Positions 43,528 through 53,411 are shown, counted from the stretch's first letter. The stretch is 64,000 bases of DNA from Spirochaetia bacterium (GCA_965199955.1 CBDATQ010000002.1:1248001-1312000); one strand, 5' to 3'. The notes: generated from the sequence alone by a model not told the origin. Numbers and translations: made by a program.

Positions 43528-43715
43528 ATGGCTGATCCCGGCAGCTCGGCTGGCAATCAGCTTCTCGACGAGTGGGAACGCCTGTTGCAGGGCTCCCCGG
43601 ATGCACTCGTGGACGCGCTGGTCAACCCCGGTCTGCACTATCGCGACCTTCGTCACGTTACTCCGTTCGCCGGCGTACTGAGTGCATCGGAGGATCGTCG
43701 AAACCGAGGCGCACG
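43528..43715 (+). pseudogene. C-terminal fragment of an XRE/HTH-associated antitoxin-like protein
   Basis: LLDEWERLLQGSPDALVDAL..RDLRHVTPFAGVLS resembles the ..WERLL..RELRQNSPFAGVL family; HTH absent. Confidence 0.5.
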
Positions 43716-43862
43716 ATGCTCGGAAGCGCGCGGCACGGGAGTTGCTGGGCGAGTAGCTCATCACGAAGGGATTGAACACTGAGCGGGCATCCGTGCCACG
43801 GAGACGGTCGTCGCCGGGTAGCGGGTGACTGAGCCCAGGCGGCAGGGTACGTTGAACGTCCG

Positions 43863-44651
43863 ATGGCTGACGTTGCGTTCTCGGTGTTCACCAAGCACTG
43901 GAAGGCGGTGCCGCTCGGGCGGCTCGCCGAGTTGGTGCGAGGGATGGGATTCGAGGGGGTCGAGTTGCCGGTGCGCCCCGGCTTTCAGGTGGCGCCCGAA
44001 CACGCGGGCCGGGACCTGCCGGTGGCGGCCCGGCAGCTTGCTGACGCGGGCGTGCCGATCCGGAGCGTGGCTACGACCGCGGACGAGTCCACGATCATGG
44101 CCTGCGCGGACGCCGGCGTGCCGCTGCTCCGTATCATGGCGCCGGTCCGGACGGACGAAAGCTATACCGGTGCCGAGGAGCGGTACCGGCGCGAGTTCGA
44201 CGCGCTGCTGCCGGTGCTGGACCGCGCGGGCGTGACCCTCGGGGTGCAGAACCACGCGGGCAGGGAAGTGGCGAACGCGGTCGGCCTTCGCAGCCTGATC
44301 GGCCGCTACGACCCGCGGCACGTCGCCGCGGTCTGGGACGCCGGGCACGAGGCGCTGGCCGGGAACGAGCCGGAGCTGGCGATCGACGTCGTCTGGCCGC
44401 ACCTGCGCCTGGTGAACCTCAAGAACGCGATCTGGCTGCAGACCGCCGAGGCGGGCGCCGCGAGTGCCGAGTGGTCTGCCTACTGGACCGCCGGCCGCCT
44501 GGGACTCAGCCCCTGGCCGCGCGTGGCAGCCGAGCTGCGGCGGCGGGGCTACGCCGGCACCGTGTGCCTCACCGGCGAGTACAGCGGCGCAGTATCGGTC
44601 GAACGGCAGGCAGCCGAGGATCTGGCGTTCGCACGGACGCTCTTCGCGTAG
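43863..44651 (+). CDS. Sugar phosphate isomerase/epimerase (xylose-isomerase-like TIM barrel)
   Basis: SVFTKHW, GFEGVELPVR, QNH, WDAGH, NLKN. Confidence 0.85.
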   Translation: MADVAFSVFTKHWKAVPLGRLAELVRGMGFEGVELPVRPGFQVAPEHAGRDLPVAARQLADAGVPIRSVATTADESTIMACADAGVPLLRIMAPVRTDESYTGAEERYRREFDALLPVLDRAGVTLGVQNHAGREVANAVGLRSLIGRYDPRHVAAVWDAGHEALAGNEPELAIDVVWPHLRLVNLKNAIWLQTAEAGAASAEWSAYWTAGRLGLSPWPRVAAELRRRGYAGTVCLTGEYSGAVSVERQAAEDLAFARTLFA

Positions 44652-44707
44652 CCGTCTGCGTTTGACGGTGCGGGCCGCCGTGCTCATGCTCGGTCGAGGG
44701 GGATGAC

Positions 44708-45781
44708 ATGAGTCAGAGCGACAGCGCGGTGCTCCGCGTGGCGGTGGCCGGCTGCCACCGTCAGGTCACAGGGCGCCCCGGATCCCACAACTGGGCGACG
44801 GCGTTTGCCCAGGTGCCGGAGACACGGGTGGTGGCGGTCTACGATCGGGGAGCCGACACGCGCGCCGAGTTCCGTGCCGCCTGGCAGGCGACGTGGGGGG
44901 ACATCGCCGCCTACGACGACTACGGGCGGATGCTCGAAGAGGTGCGCCCCGACATCGTCTGCATCGCCACCCGGCAGACCCATCACGCCACCCAGATCGC
45001 GCAGGCCGCGGTCGCCGGGGTGCGCGGGGTCCTGTGCGACAAGCCGTTCGTCACCACGCTCGCCGAGGCGGACGCCGCCCTGGATGCCTGCCGGCAGGCC
45101 GGTGTGGCCATCGCGTGCGGCACCGAGATGCGCTGGGACGTGGCCTACGGCCTGCTGGCGCAGCGCCTGCGCGACGGGCTGGTCGGCGACGTGCAGACCA
45201 TCGTTGGCTACGGGGCGCCCAACCTGATTTTCCATGGCTGCCACTGGTATGACACCGCGCTGCTGCTGGCGGGCGATCCGGAACCGCTATGGGTGAGCGG
45301 CCGGGTGGACGCGGTGGCCGCCGACGAGCCCGACGAAGGGCGCCGCCTCGACCCGCCGGGCCGTGCCTGGGTAGGGCTGGACAACGGGGTGCTGCTGACG
45401 CTGCTGCCGGAGGGCGATGGCCGGGGCTTCTCGGCGATCGGCAGCGGCGGCCGCCTGGAGATCGTCAATGACGCCCACCAGGCGTATCTGTGGGAGGCGA
45501 CGGCTGGCGGGCGCGGAGCCGACCGCCTCGCCGCAGCACCGGCCGCGCTGGAGGTGCCGCAACCCGACGCCGCGTGGCCGCGCGGTGCCACCCTGGTGCG
45601 TGACGTGGCACAGGCGGTGCGCACCGGCGGCGCCACGCAGGGCGACGTGCCGCACATCCGGCGCGCTACCGAGATCGGCTTCGCCATCCACGAGTCGCAT
45701 GCCGCCGGCGGCGCGCCCGTCAACCTGCCGGTAACGCACCGCACCCGGCGCATCGACCCCCGTCCCTGGGGCAACGACTGA
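44708..45781 (+). CDS. Gfo/Idh/MocA oxidoreductase
   Basis: PDIVCIAT, LCDKP, HGCHWYD. Confidence 0.85.
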   Translation: MSQSDSAVLRVAVAGCHRQVTGRPGSHNWATAFAQVPETRVVAVYDRGADTRAEFRAAWQATWGDIAAYDDYGRMLEEVRPDIVCIATRQTHHATQIAQAAVAGVRGVLCDKPFVTTLAEADAALDACRQAGVAIACGTEMRWDVAYGLLAQRLRDGLVGDVQTIVGYGAPNLIFHGCHWYDTALLLAGDPEPLWVSGRVDAVAADEPDEGRRLDPPGRAWVGLDNGVLLTLLPEGDGRGFSAIGSGGRLEIVNDAHQAYLWEATAGGRGADRLAAAPAALEVPQPDAAWPRGATLVRDVAQAVRTGGATQGDVPHIRRATEIGFAIHESHAAGGAPVNLPVTHRTRRIDPRPWGND

Positions 45782-45795
45782 ACTTCGGGTAGCCG

Positions 45796-46266
45796 CTACC
45801 AGCACCCCAGCAGGCGCCGCAGCAGCACGATCTGCCCGACGTGATAGGCGTTGTGGTCGGCCAGCACCAGCGCCTCGCGCAGCAAAGTCTGTCCGGTACC
45901 GTGCGGGATGCGCCGGCACAGGTCCGCCTGCGGGTCTCTGATCAGCGCGATCATCGCGTCGCGGTCGGCCAGGAACGCGTCGACGCTGCGCTGCCAGGCG
46001 CCGGCGGGTGGCGCCGCGGTGTCGGGCCAGTAGCCGTCCGGAAACGCGGGCGACACGTGGGCGGCATCGCGGCTGAACTCCAGGATGTCCCACTGCGCGA
46101 TGCGCAGGTGTTCGAGCTGCTGCCACAGGGAGGAGGAGGCGCCTTCAGGGACGACGCCGCGCAGGTCGTCGGGCACGTCGGCCACGGCCCGCGCAAACGG
46201 CAGGTGGGCGCCGCGCCCGGACAGCAGTTCCTCCGCGTGCTCGCGCACGGACTCGTCACTCTTCAT
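45796..46266 (-). CDS. DinB-family protein
   Basis: WQQLEHLRIAQWDIL, LREALVLADHNAYHVGQ. Confidence 0.9.
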   Translation of the reverse strand: MKSDESVREHAEELLSGRGAHLPFARAVADVPDDLRGVVPEGASSSLWQQLEHLRIAQWDILEFSRDAAHVSPAFPDGYWPDTAAPPAGAWQRSVDAFLADRDAMIALIRDPQADLCRRIPHGTGQTLLREALVLADHNAYHVGQIVLLRRLLGCW

Positions 46267-46669
46267 CGCCGCCCTCGGTTCCGGCCGTCACCACGGCGTC
46301 CACCTCGATCTCCACCAGGTGCTCGGGGAGCATGAGGCCGGACACCTCGGCCATGGTCATGGCCGGCCGGACGGTGCCGAGCAACTCGGCGTGGGCGCGG
46401 CCCACGGGGTCGGCATGGCCGATGTCGGTCACGTAGTAGCGGGCCCGCACCACGTCGGCAAGCGAGGCTCCCACGTCGGTGAGCGCCCGTTCGATCTTGC
46501 GCAGGATGAAGATCGTCTGGCCGTACGGGTCGCCGGCGGCCACCGGTTTGCCGTCATCGCCGGTGGCGCTGGTGCCGGCCACGAACACCTGGTCGCCGAC
46601 GCGCAGGGCGCGCGAGTAGCCGTAGCGCTCCTCCCAGGGAGCGCCGGAAGACGTGTGTTGCCTCTTCAT
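46256..46669 (-). CDS. RidA-family (YjgF/UK114) protein
   Basis: SSGAPWEERYGYSRA, VAGT, RPAMTMAEV, LVEIE. Confidence 0.9.
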   Translation of the reverse strand: MKRQHTSSGAPWEERYGYSRALRVGDQVFVAGTSATGDDGKPVAAGDPYGQTIFILRKIERALTDVGASLADVVRARYYVTDIGHADPVGRAHAELLGTVRPAMTMAEVSGLMLPEHLVEIEVDAVVTAGTEGGDEE

Positions 46670-47754
46670 GAGGGTCCTCCTCGCCAGCGGTTGACGCCGG
46701 CCGCGCGCAGCCGCTCGACGGCCGGCCGCATGTGCGCCGCCAGCCGTTCGCCCATCTCCAGCATGCCGTGATCGCCGGGATGGATCATGTCCACGCACAG
46801 GCCGCCGAGATCTGTCAGGATCGACGGCCCGGGCACCAGCTCGATGCGTGCCCCCGCGCCGTCCGCCCGCAGCCGGGCGACGACTCGCTCCAGCGCCAGC
46901 CGGAACTCCTCCGGCGGCGCGGTGGACCCGGCCAGCACGTCCGACCAGTCGCCGTAGTAGGGGTAGATGGTGATGCAGAAGACCGGTCGGACAGGATTGG
47001 CTTCCGCTACCTGTTGTACCAGGCAAGTAGTCCGTCGGGTGAATTCCTCGATCGTGAACCCGCGTCCGATCATGTTTACCGACAGCGCGAGCGTCGCCAC
47101 GTCCCAGTCGGCGCGTCCGCCGATGTGCTCGCCGAAGGCCGGCTCGCACAGGCATGCGCCGCCGACCCCCAGGTTGATCAGGTCGACGCCCAGGCGCCAC
47201 GCGGCCTGCGCCACGTAGGTCAGGTGGAAGGCGGTCGCCACCGAGCCGTGCGTGATCGAGGTGCCGTAGGAGAGCATGGTGAGGTCGGGCAGCTCGGCGG
47301 CGGCGGGCGGGCGCACGTCGCCCTGGATGTCGTGCAGAGCGAAGATCCCGCGGAACAGCACGACCCGCACCACGCGCGGATGGAACGGCATCGCCGCCGC
47401 CAGGTCATCCGGAATCGAGTCGTAGGCGCGCCGCTGGTCGTCGCCGATGCTGATTTCGATGGTGGTGGGTTCGGTGCCGATCGGACGGACGTGCGGGCGG
47501 CCGGCCAGCGGGCCGAAGAACACGTGCGCGGTCGGCTGGAACTCCTGCAAACCGTCCGCGGACAGTGTCAGCCGAGCCGATGGTCCGCACAGCACGAAGC
47601 GGATCTCGGCCCCGGCCGCGAGCAGCGTCTTCTCCTGGGCCGGCGGCTCCAGACGGGCGCGTACCTGCTCGGTGACCCGCTGCAGCCGCACCGACCCGTC
47701 GGGCTGCTTCACGGCCTCTTCGATGCCGTGAAGCGTCACGTCGTGGTACCTCAT
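46666..47754 (-). CDS. SGNH/GDSL-type hydrolase
   Basis: YGTSITHG, NLGVGG, SVNM, DMIHP. Confidence 0.85.
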   Translation of the reverse strand: MRYHDVTLHGIEEAVKQPDGSVRLQRVTEQVRARLEPPAQEKTLLAAGAEIRFVLCGPSARLTLSADGLQEFQPTAHVFFGPLAGRPHVRPIGTEPTTIEISIGDDQRRAYDSIPDDLAAAMPFHPRVVRVVLFRGIFALHDIQGDVRPPAAAELPDLTMLSYGTSITHGSVATAFHLTYVAQAAWRLGVDLINLGVGGACLCEPAFGEHIGGRADWDVATLALSVNMIGRGFTIEEFTRRTTCLVQQVAEANPVRPVFCITIYPYYGDWSDVLAGSTAPPEEFRLALERVVARLRADGAGARIELVPGPSILTDLGGLCVDMIHPGDHGMLEMGERLAAHMRPAVERLRAAGVNRWRGGPS

Positions 47755-48011
47755 GTGGAGGGCAGTATGAGGCTTGGGAACCCGTCGCGCGACATCTTCC
47801 GTCGGAGCGGGCAAACTTGCAGACGTGGAACCGTGTCAAGAGTGGGATTATTTGGCACACAAGGGAACATATTGCCCATATGAGTAGCATAATGACACGA
47901 TCAACCGAAGAAAGAGAGCTCAGCTACCCCGTGGTTGGATCGCGAAGCTCACGATCTAATTAAATTATGTGAAATGATTTGATTCCTTTTTCTTTGTTTC
48001 GATTGCAAGAT

Positions 48012-48027
48012 TGGCACGAGTTCTGCT
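48012..48027 (+). promoter_or_regulatory. Sigma54-type (-24/-12) promoter of hsp20
   Basis: TGGCACGAGTTCTGCT versus consensus TGGCACG-N4-TTGCW, with exact GG-N10-GC spacing, in an AT-rich spacer. Confidence 0.7.
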
Positions 48028-48071
48028 TTATGGATGGTATGAGAAACAACCTCAACCACAGGAGGAACGAC

Positions 48072-48497
48072 ATGAGGAATCTCGTACCGTATCGACCCGG
48101 CCGCTTGAGCATCTTCGACGGTCTGGACCAGATCTTCGACTCGGTCTTCACCGAGCCGGTCTGGCGCACCGGCGCCCCGGCGGTCGACATCCGCGAAGAG
48201 GATGACGGCTACCTGGTGCAGGCGGAGCTGCCCGGCGTCGCCGAGAAGGACCTGAAGGTCAGCGTCGACGACAACGTGCTGACCATCTCGGCCAGGACCG
48301 GCAAGGACTCCGAGCGCAAGGCCGACGGCTACCTGGTCCGCGAGCGCCGCCACGCGGCGTACACGCGCAGATTTGTGCTGCCGCGTGACTCGGACCACGA
48401 GGGCGTGAGCGCCTCGTTCGAGGACGGACTGCTGACGCTGACCGTCCCCAAGACCGAGGCGAGCAAGGCCCGCCAGATTCCGGTCAACGCCACGTAG
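48072..48497 (+). CDS. Hsp20/alpha-crystallin small heat-shock protein
   Basis: PAVDIRE, AELPGV, ASFEDGLLTLTVPK; RBS ggagga. Confidence 0.95.
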   Translation: MRNLVPYRPGRLSIFDGLDQIFDSVFTEPVWRTGAPAVDIREEDDGYLVQAELPGVAEKDLKVSVDDNVLTISARTGKDSERKADGYLVRERRHAAYTRRFVLPRDSDHEGVSASFEDGLLTLTVPKTEASKARQIPVNAT

Positions 48498-48513
48498 CAC
48501 CGGGGATCACACC

Positions 48514-48554
48514 CACGAAAGCCCCACCGGCTCCGGCCGGCCGGGGCTTTCGTG
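48514..48554 (+). terminator. Hairpin terminator after hsp20
   Basis: cacgaaagcccc / ggggctttcgtg perfect 12-bp stem. Confidence 0.75.
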
Positions 48555-48603
48555 CATTGAGGGCACGGAGGCGCCACGGCCAACAGATTGCTACGCTGTC
48601 GAC

Positions 48604-51105
48604 ATGACGGATTATCAGCCGGTCGAACTGGAGCGCATCTGCAACGCGGGCGTCGACGCGCTGCCGCAACTCGATCACGAGCCGCCGGTCGGCAGGCAGC
48701 TCTTTCAGGGCCTGCTGTTCGAGGTTGGCGGGCGGCAGCCGGCGACGGAGCGCTGCCTCGTCCGCTGCGAGCCGGACTCGGGGCCGGTGACGATCCCGAT
48801 CGGCCGCGCCTGCCACACGGTCGTGGTGGCGCACGCCCTGACCGAGAGCAGGCTGATGGAGGGCGGCCCGCTCGGCCGGCCGGTCGCCACTTACACGTTC
48901 CGCGCCGCCGCCGGCGTGGAAGCGGCCGACGCCGTGGCGATCCGCGAGCGGTTCGAGATCGCCGCGCCGTTTCGCGACCGCCCGTTCACGGCGGTCGAGC
49001 ACCAGGGCGAGTTCCTGCATCCGCGCTACGAGGGTCCCTGGGAGGAGGCCGGCCGCCGCCAGACCGAGGCGTCGCGCGGGCCGGCCACCTACTTCCTCTG
49101 GGCATGGCGCAACCCCGATCCCGAGCGGGTCGTCGAGGAGCTGGTCATCGAGCCCGCTGCCGGCGGGCCGGCGTTCATCATCGCTGGCGTCACCACCGGC
49201 CATGTCGACGAGCACCCGTTCACGCGACAGGGCCGGCGCGACGTCAAGGTCACGCTGACCGATCCGGAGGCGGCCCGGCGGCCGTTCGACCTGGACGTGA
49301 CCGTCGACCGAGGCATCGCCACCTACGTGCACGCGCTGCCGGAGGCGGACGCTGAGGCGTTCGTCACCGACGGCCGCGCCGGCTGGGGAGAGGCGCAGAA
49401 CCCGGCGTCCAGCCCCGCGTACACGGAGATCGCGGCCACGCCGTCGGCCACCGTCGATGTCACCCAGGGCGGCAGCTCCCTCGGCAAGGTGCGCTGGGGC
49501 GACGTGCAGGAGCGCGGCAGCGCCGAGGACGGCCGCGTGCGGGTCGAGCTGCTGGACGGCGGACGCAACTGGGTGCACGTGACCGTGCTCGACGAGGGCA
49601 CCGGCAAGCCGGTGCCATGCCGGGTGCACTTCCGCTCGCCGGCCGGCGTTCCCTTCCAGCCGCACGGCCACCACAACCAGGTCAACTCCAACAACGACAC
49701 CTGGCACATCGACGTGGGCGGCGACGTGCGCATGGGCCAGGCCATCTACGCCTACATCGACGGCCGCTGCCAGGGATGGCTGCCGCGCGGCGACGTGATC
49801 GTCGACGTGGCGCGCGGCTTCGAGTACGAGCCGCTGCGCACCCGCGTCCGCATCGAGCCCGGCCAGCGCGAGCTCACCCTTCGGCTCAAGCGCTGGACGG
49901 ACATGAACGCGCAGGGATGGTACTCCGGCGACTCGCACGTCCACTTCCTGTCCGCGCAGGGCAGCCATACCGAGTCGCAGGGCGAGGACCTGAACGTGGT
50001 CAACCTGCTGCAGTCGCAGTGGGGGAGCCTGTTCACCAACACCGAGGAGTTCACCGGCGGCGCGAGCGTCCACCAGCAGGGCAACAACATCGTCTACGTC
50101 AGCCAGGAGAACCGGCAGCACTTCCTGGGACACCTGATCCTCTGGGGCCTCAAGGAGCCGGTGATGCCGTGGTGCTCGGACGGCCCGGGCGAGGCGGAGC
50201 CGGGCGGCAGCCTGGACGTGACCATGAGCGACTGGGCCGACCAGACCCACGCGCAGGGCGGCCACGTGATCATCCCGCACCTGCCCAATCCGAACGGCGA
50301 GCCGGCCGCGCTCATCGCCACCGGCCGCGCCGACGGCGTGGAGATGCTGCGGCAGGGCGAGTTCAACCACCTGGAGTACTATCGCTACCTCAACTGCGGC
50401 TACCGGCTGCCCCTGGTCGGCGGCACCGACAAGATGTCCAGCGACGTGCCGATCGGCCTGTACCGGACCTACGCGCAGGTGGGCGACCAGCAGGAGTTCA
50501 CCTACCGCGCCTGGTGCGACACCGTGAAGGAGGGGCGTACGTTCCTGAGCGGCGGCCCGCTGATCGGCATCACCGTCGACGGCGCCGGCATCGGGGATAC
50601 GCTGCGGCTGTCGGCGTCGGGCACCGTGGAGGTGCACGCCTGGGCGGAGAGCATCCTGCCGATCCACACGCTGCAGATCGTGCAGGAGGGCCGGGTGGTG
50701 GCGCAGGCGGACGCCGGCGCAAGCGGGCCGGGGCGCCGGCTGGAGCTGTGCGAAAAGGTGAAGGTCGACGGCCATAGCTGGCTGGCGGCCCGTGTCGGCG
50801 GCCCCGGCTACGGCCAGGTCGATCACCACGACGGCTGGCAGCGTGGCATCTTCGCCCACACTTCGCCCGTGTATGTCGCGGTCGGCGGCGACTGGTGGAT
50901 GTTCGACCGCGAGGCGGCCGAGTACATGCTCACCCTCATCGACGGCTGCCTGAACTACGTGCGCCACACCGCACCGTTGCGCCCCGACGCGGAGACGACG
51001 TTCCACCACGGCGAACCCGACCACCTGGCCTACCTGGAGCGGCCCTTCCAGCAGGCGCGCGAGGCCATTCACCGCCGCATGCACCAACTCGGCATCCCGC
51101 ATTGA
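48604..51105 (+). CDS. CehA/McbA-family (PHP-like) metallohydrolase
   Basis: RGFEYEP, GWYSGDSHVH, QENRQHFLGHL, YYRYLNCG..GGTD, AHTSPVY. Confidence 0.8.
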   Translation: MTDYQPVELERICNAGVDALPQLDHEPPVGRQLFQGLLFEVGGRQPATERCLVRCEPDSGPVTIPIGRACHTVVVAHALTESRLMEGGPLGRPVATYTFRAAAGVEAADAVAIRERFEIAAPFRDRPFTAVEHQGEFLHPRYEGPWEEAGRRQTEASRGPATYFLWAWRNPDPERVVEELVIEPAAGGPAFIIAGVTTGHVDEHPFTRQGRRDVKVTLTDPEAARRPFDLDVTVDRGIATYVHALPEADAEAFVTDGRAGWGEAQNPASSPAYTEIAATPSATVDVTQGGSSLGKVRWGDVQERGSAEDGRVRVELLDGGRNWVHVTVLDEGTGKPVPCRVHFRSPAGVPFQPHGHHNQVNSNNDTWHIDVGGDVRMGQAIYAYIDGRCQGWLPRGDVIVDVARGFEYEPLRTRVRIEPGQRELTLRLKRWTDMNAQGWYSGDSHVHFLSAQGSHTESQGEDLNVVNLLQSQWGSLFTNTEEFTGGASVHQQGNNIVYVSQENRQHFLGHLILWGLKEPVMPWCSDGPGEAEPGGSLDVTMSDWADQTHAQGGHVIIPHLPNPNGEPAALIATGRADGVEMLRQGEFNHLEYYRYLNCGYRLPLVGGTDKMSSDVPIGLYRTYAQVGDQQEFTYRAWCDTVKEGRTFLSGGPLIGITVDGAGIGDTLRLSASGTVEVHAWAESILPIHTLQIVQEGRVVAQADAGASGPGRRLELCEKVKVDGHSWLAARVGGPGYGQVDHHDGWQRGIFAHTSPVYVAVGGDWWMFDREAAEYMLTLIDGCLNYVRHTAPLRPDAETTFHHGEPDHLAYLERPFQQAREAIHRRMHQLGIPH

Positions 51106-51124
51106 TTATCGTGAGCCGGATGCG

Positions 51125-52135
51125 ATGGAGGAGGTGACGGCTACCGCGAGCGCTGCCGACTTCGACCCGGGACGGACGCCGCGCGGCGGCAAGAGCCGTA
51201 CCTCCCTGGTGGTCGATCACCTGCCTGACGGCCAGCCGCTGGCGTTTCCGGCGCTGGTCTGCCGCGGCGCCGAGCCCGGCAGGACGCTGCTGGCCACCGG
51301 CGTCATCCACGGCGACGAGTACGAGGGGGCGCTGGCCATCCAGGACCTGTTCGCAGAGCTCGGGCCGGAGCGGATGTCCGGGACCTTCATCGGCATCCCG
51401 GTCGTGAACGGCCCGGCGTTCACCGCCGGAACGCGCACCGGCAGCCACGACCACAAGGACTTGGCGCGAGTCTTTCCCGGCGATGCCGGCGGCTCGCCGA
51501 CCGAGCGCATTGCGCACGCGCTCGCAGAGTACGTCATCCCCCGCGCGGACCTGTACGCGGACCTGCACTCGGCCGGCAACGACGCCCGCATCAAGCAGTT
51601 CGCCGGGTATCAGATCCGGCAGGAGCTGGGCGCGACCCAGCGCGAGGCCGCGATCGCCTTCGGGCTGGACTTGGTGTGGGGGACGGTCGTCCTGCCCGGC
51701 CGAAGCCTGTCGGCCGCCGGCGAGAAGCGGGTGCCGGCGATCTACGTGGAGCTGGAAGGCGAGGGGCGCGGCCGGCCGGAGAGTTGCGCGACGGCGCTCC
51801 AGGGCCTGCGCAACCTGCTTGCCTACCTGGACATCGTGGCCGGCGACCACCCGAGCGGCCGGCCGCCGTTCCTGGTCGAGGACGAACGCGAAGGCTCGGG
51901 CGACATGAACCTGGACGCCCATGCGCCCACCTCCGGGCTGTTCCTGCCGGACGTCGCGGTCTGGGACCGGGTTGCCGCCGGCGACCGCCTGGGGGTGGTG
52001 CGCCGCGCGGACGGCCAGGTGGCCGCCGAGGTGCGCTCGACGAAGAACGGGCGGGTGCTGCTGCTGCGCACCCGTCCGCGCGTGATCACCGGCGACACCG
52101 TCGCCTGCGTCATCGAGGTCGACGAGCCGGAGTAG
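51125..52135 (+). CDS. Succinylglutamate desuccinylase/aspartoacylase (M14) family
   Basis: IHGDEYEG, PVVN, RVFPG, DLHS. Confidence 0.88.
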   Translation: MEEVTATASAADFDPGRTPRGGKSRTSLVVDHLPDGQPLAFPALVCRGAEPGRTLLATGVIHGDEYEGALAIQDLFAELGPERMSGTFIGIPVVNGPAFTAGTRTGSHDHKDLARVFPGDAGGSPTERIAHALAEYVIPRADLYADLHSAGNDARIKQFAGYQIRQELGATQREAAIAFGLDLVWGTVVLPGRSLSAAGEKRVPAIYVELEGEGRGRPESCATALQGLRNLLAYLDIVAGDHPSGRPPFLVEDEREGSGDMNLDAHAPTSGLFLPDVAVWDRVAAGDRLGVVRRADGQVAAEVRSTKNGRVLLLRTRPRVITGDTVACVIEVDEPE

Positions 52136-52170
52136 CAGCGTACCGTCGTCACCGCCGAGTGACGTGGCCG

Positions 52171-53310
52171 CTACGGCAGGGCCCGTTCAACGCAGAAGGT
52201 CCAGAACGGCAGAACTCTCGTGTCGGTGTCGGCGTCGCCGAAGTCGGCGGTGCCCAGGTGCACCTGGAAGAATCGGGGTATCGCCGTCCGCTCGCGGAAA
52301 TAGCGGCATGCCGGCGCGGCTCTTCGATCTCCGCTCTTGCATTCGACGGCGAACTCGGGGTGGCCGTCGCGGAGCACGACGAAGTCGATCTCGCGTCCGT
52401 CGGTGTCGCGTACGAAGCGCAACTCCATCGCATGCCCCTGCGTGTCCTCGATCAGATGGCAGTACTTCAGCAGGTGGCCGGCCACCAGGTTCTCGAAGCG
52501 GGGTCCCGGATCGTCCACCCGCGACCAGTCCCAGAAGTAGAGCTTCCGCTCCTTGCGGACGGCCCGGATCCTGGCGGACCCGAACGGCGCAAGCCGGTAG
52601 CAGAGGTAGAGCCGCTCGAACGCCGAGATCCAGCGTTCGACGCTCTCATGCGACGCCTGCAGGAGCGTGCGGAGACGGTTGACCGAGAGCGGCGCTCCGA
52701 CGCAGGACGGCAGATGGGCGAGCAGCAGGTCCAGTCGTGTCACCTCCCGGACCTGCTCCAGGTCACGCAGATCCTCGTGGACCACCCGCTCCGAGTGCTC
52801 GCGCAGCCAGCGGCGGTGGAACCGCTCCTCGCCGCGCAGGAACGGCTCGGGGAAGCCCCCGAAGCGGAGCAGATGGGCGACCGACTGCGCGTCCGGACGG
52901 CGGCCGCACTCCGCCAGCGAAAACGGATGCAGGCGGTAGTAGTGGTAACGGCCCTGCAGCGAATCGCCGCCCTTGCGGTAGTAGTCCAGGCGGGCGGAGC
53001 CGGTCACCAGAAATGAGAGCGACGACCGGTGTTTGTCGTAGAGCCCCTTGATCAGTCCGCGCCACCCGGCGTACTTGTGCAGCTCGTCGAAGATGACGAG
53101 ACGCTGGCGTGGTGGGAGCCGCGCGGCAAGGATCGCCTCCCGGTCGTCCAGGTAGTCCCAGTTCAGGTACGCCGGTGAGGACTCGTCGCTCCCGTGCGGC
53201 AGCAGCGACAGGGCGAAGATGGTCTTGCCGACTTGGCGCGGACCGCCCACGAACACCATGCGTTCGGCAAGGTCCGAGGTCACCGGCTCGGCGATGTATC
53301 TATGGGTCAT
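52171..53310 (-). CDS. AAA_14 ATPase with DUF4143 / PD-(D/E)xK C-terminus
   Basis: GPRQVGKT, IFDELHK, VTGSA, GGFPE, KLYFWD, EIDFV..AVECK. Confidence 0.9.
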   Translation of the reverse strand: MTHRYIAEPVTSDLAERMVFVGGPRQVGKTIFALSLLPHGSDESSPAYLNWDYLDDREAILAARLPPRQRLVIFDELHKYAGWRGLIKGLYDKHRSSLSFLVTGSARLDYYRKGGDSLQGRYHYYRLHPFSLAECGRRPDAQSVAHLLRFGGFPEPFLRGEERFHRRWLREHSERVVHEDLRDLEQVREVTRLDLLLAHLPSCVGAPLSVNRLRTLLQASHESVERWISAFERLYLCYRLAPFGSARIRAVRKERKLYFWDWSRVDDPGPRFENLVAGHLLKYCHLIEDTQGHAMELRFVRDTDGREIDFVVLRDGHPEFAVECKSGDRRAAPACRYFRERTAIPRFFQVHLGTADFGDADTDTRVLPFWTFCVERALP

Positions 53311-53331
53311 CCCGGCAGCGGCCTGCACATG

Positions 53332-53391
53332 AGTGTTTTCATGTATGCCAGAATATATTCATGAGCATTTTCTGGTAAATCTGAAAACGCT
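53332..53391. promoter_or_regulatory. 60-bp AT-rich imperfect palindrome
   Basis: Centred on tcatga; 22 of 30 positions form Watson-Crick pairs. Confidence 0.6.
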
Positions 53392-53411
53392 AACGGAGTG
53401 GGCCGGGTCGT

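Noticed and set aside
47852..47878. CIRCE-like element TTGGCACAC-N9-TATTGCCCA upstream of hsp20
   Set aside because: Right arm matches only 5 of 9 positions and it lies about 200 bp from the start; the sigma54 reading fits better
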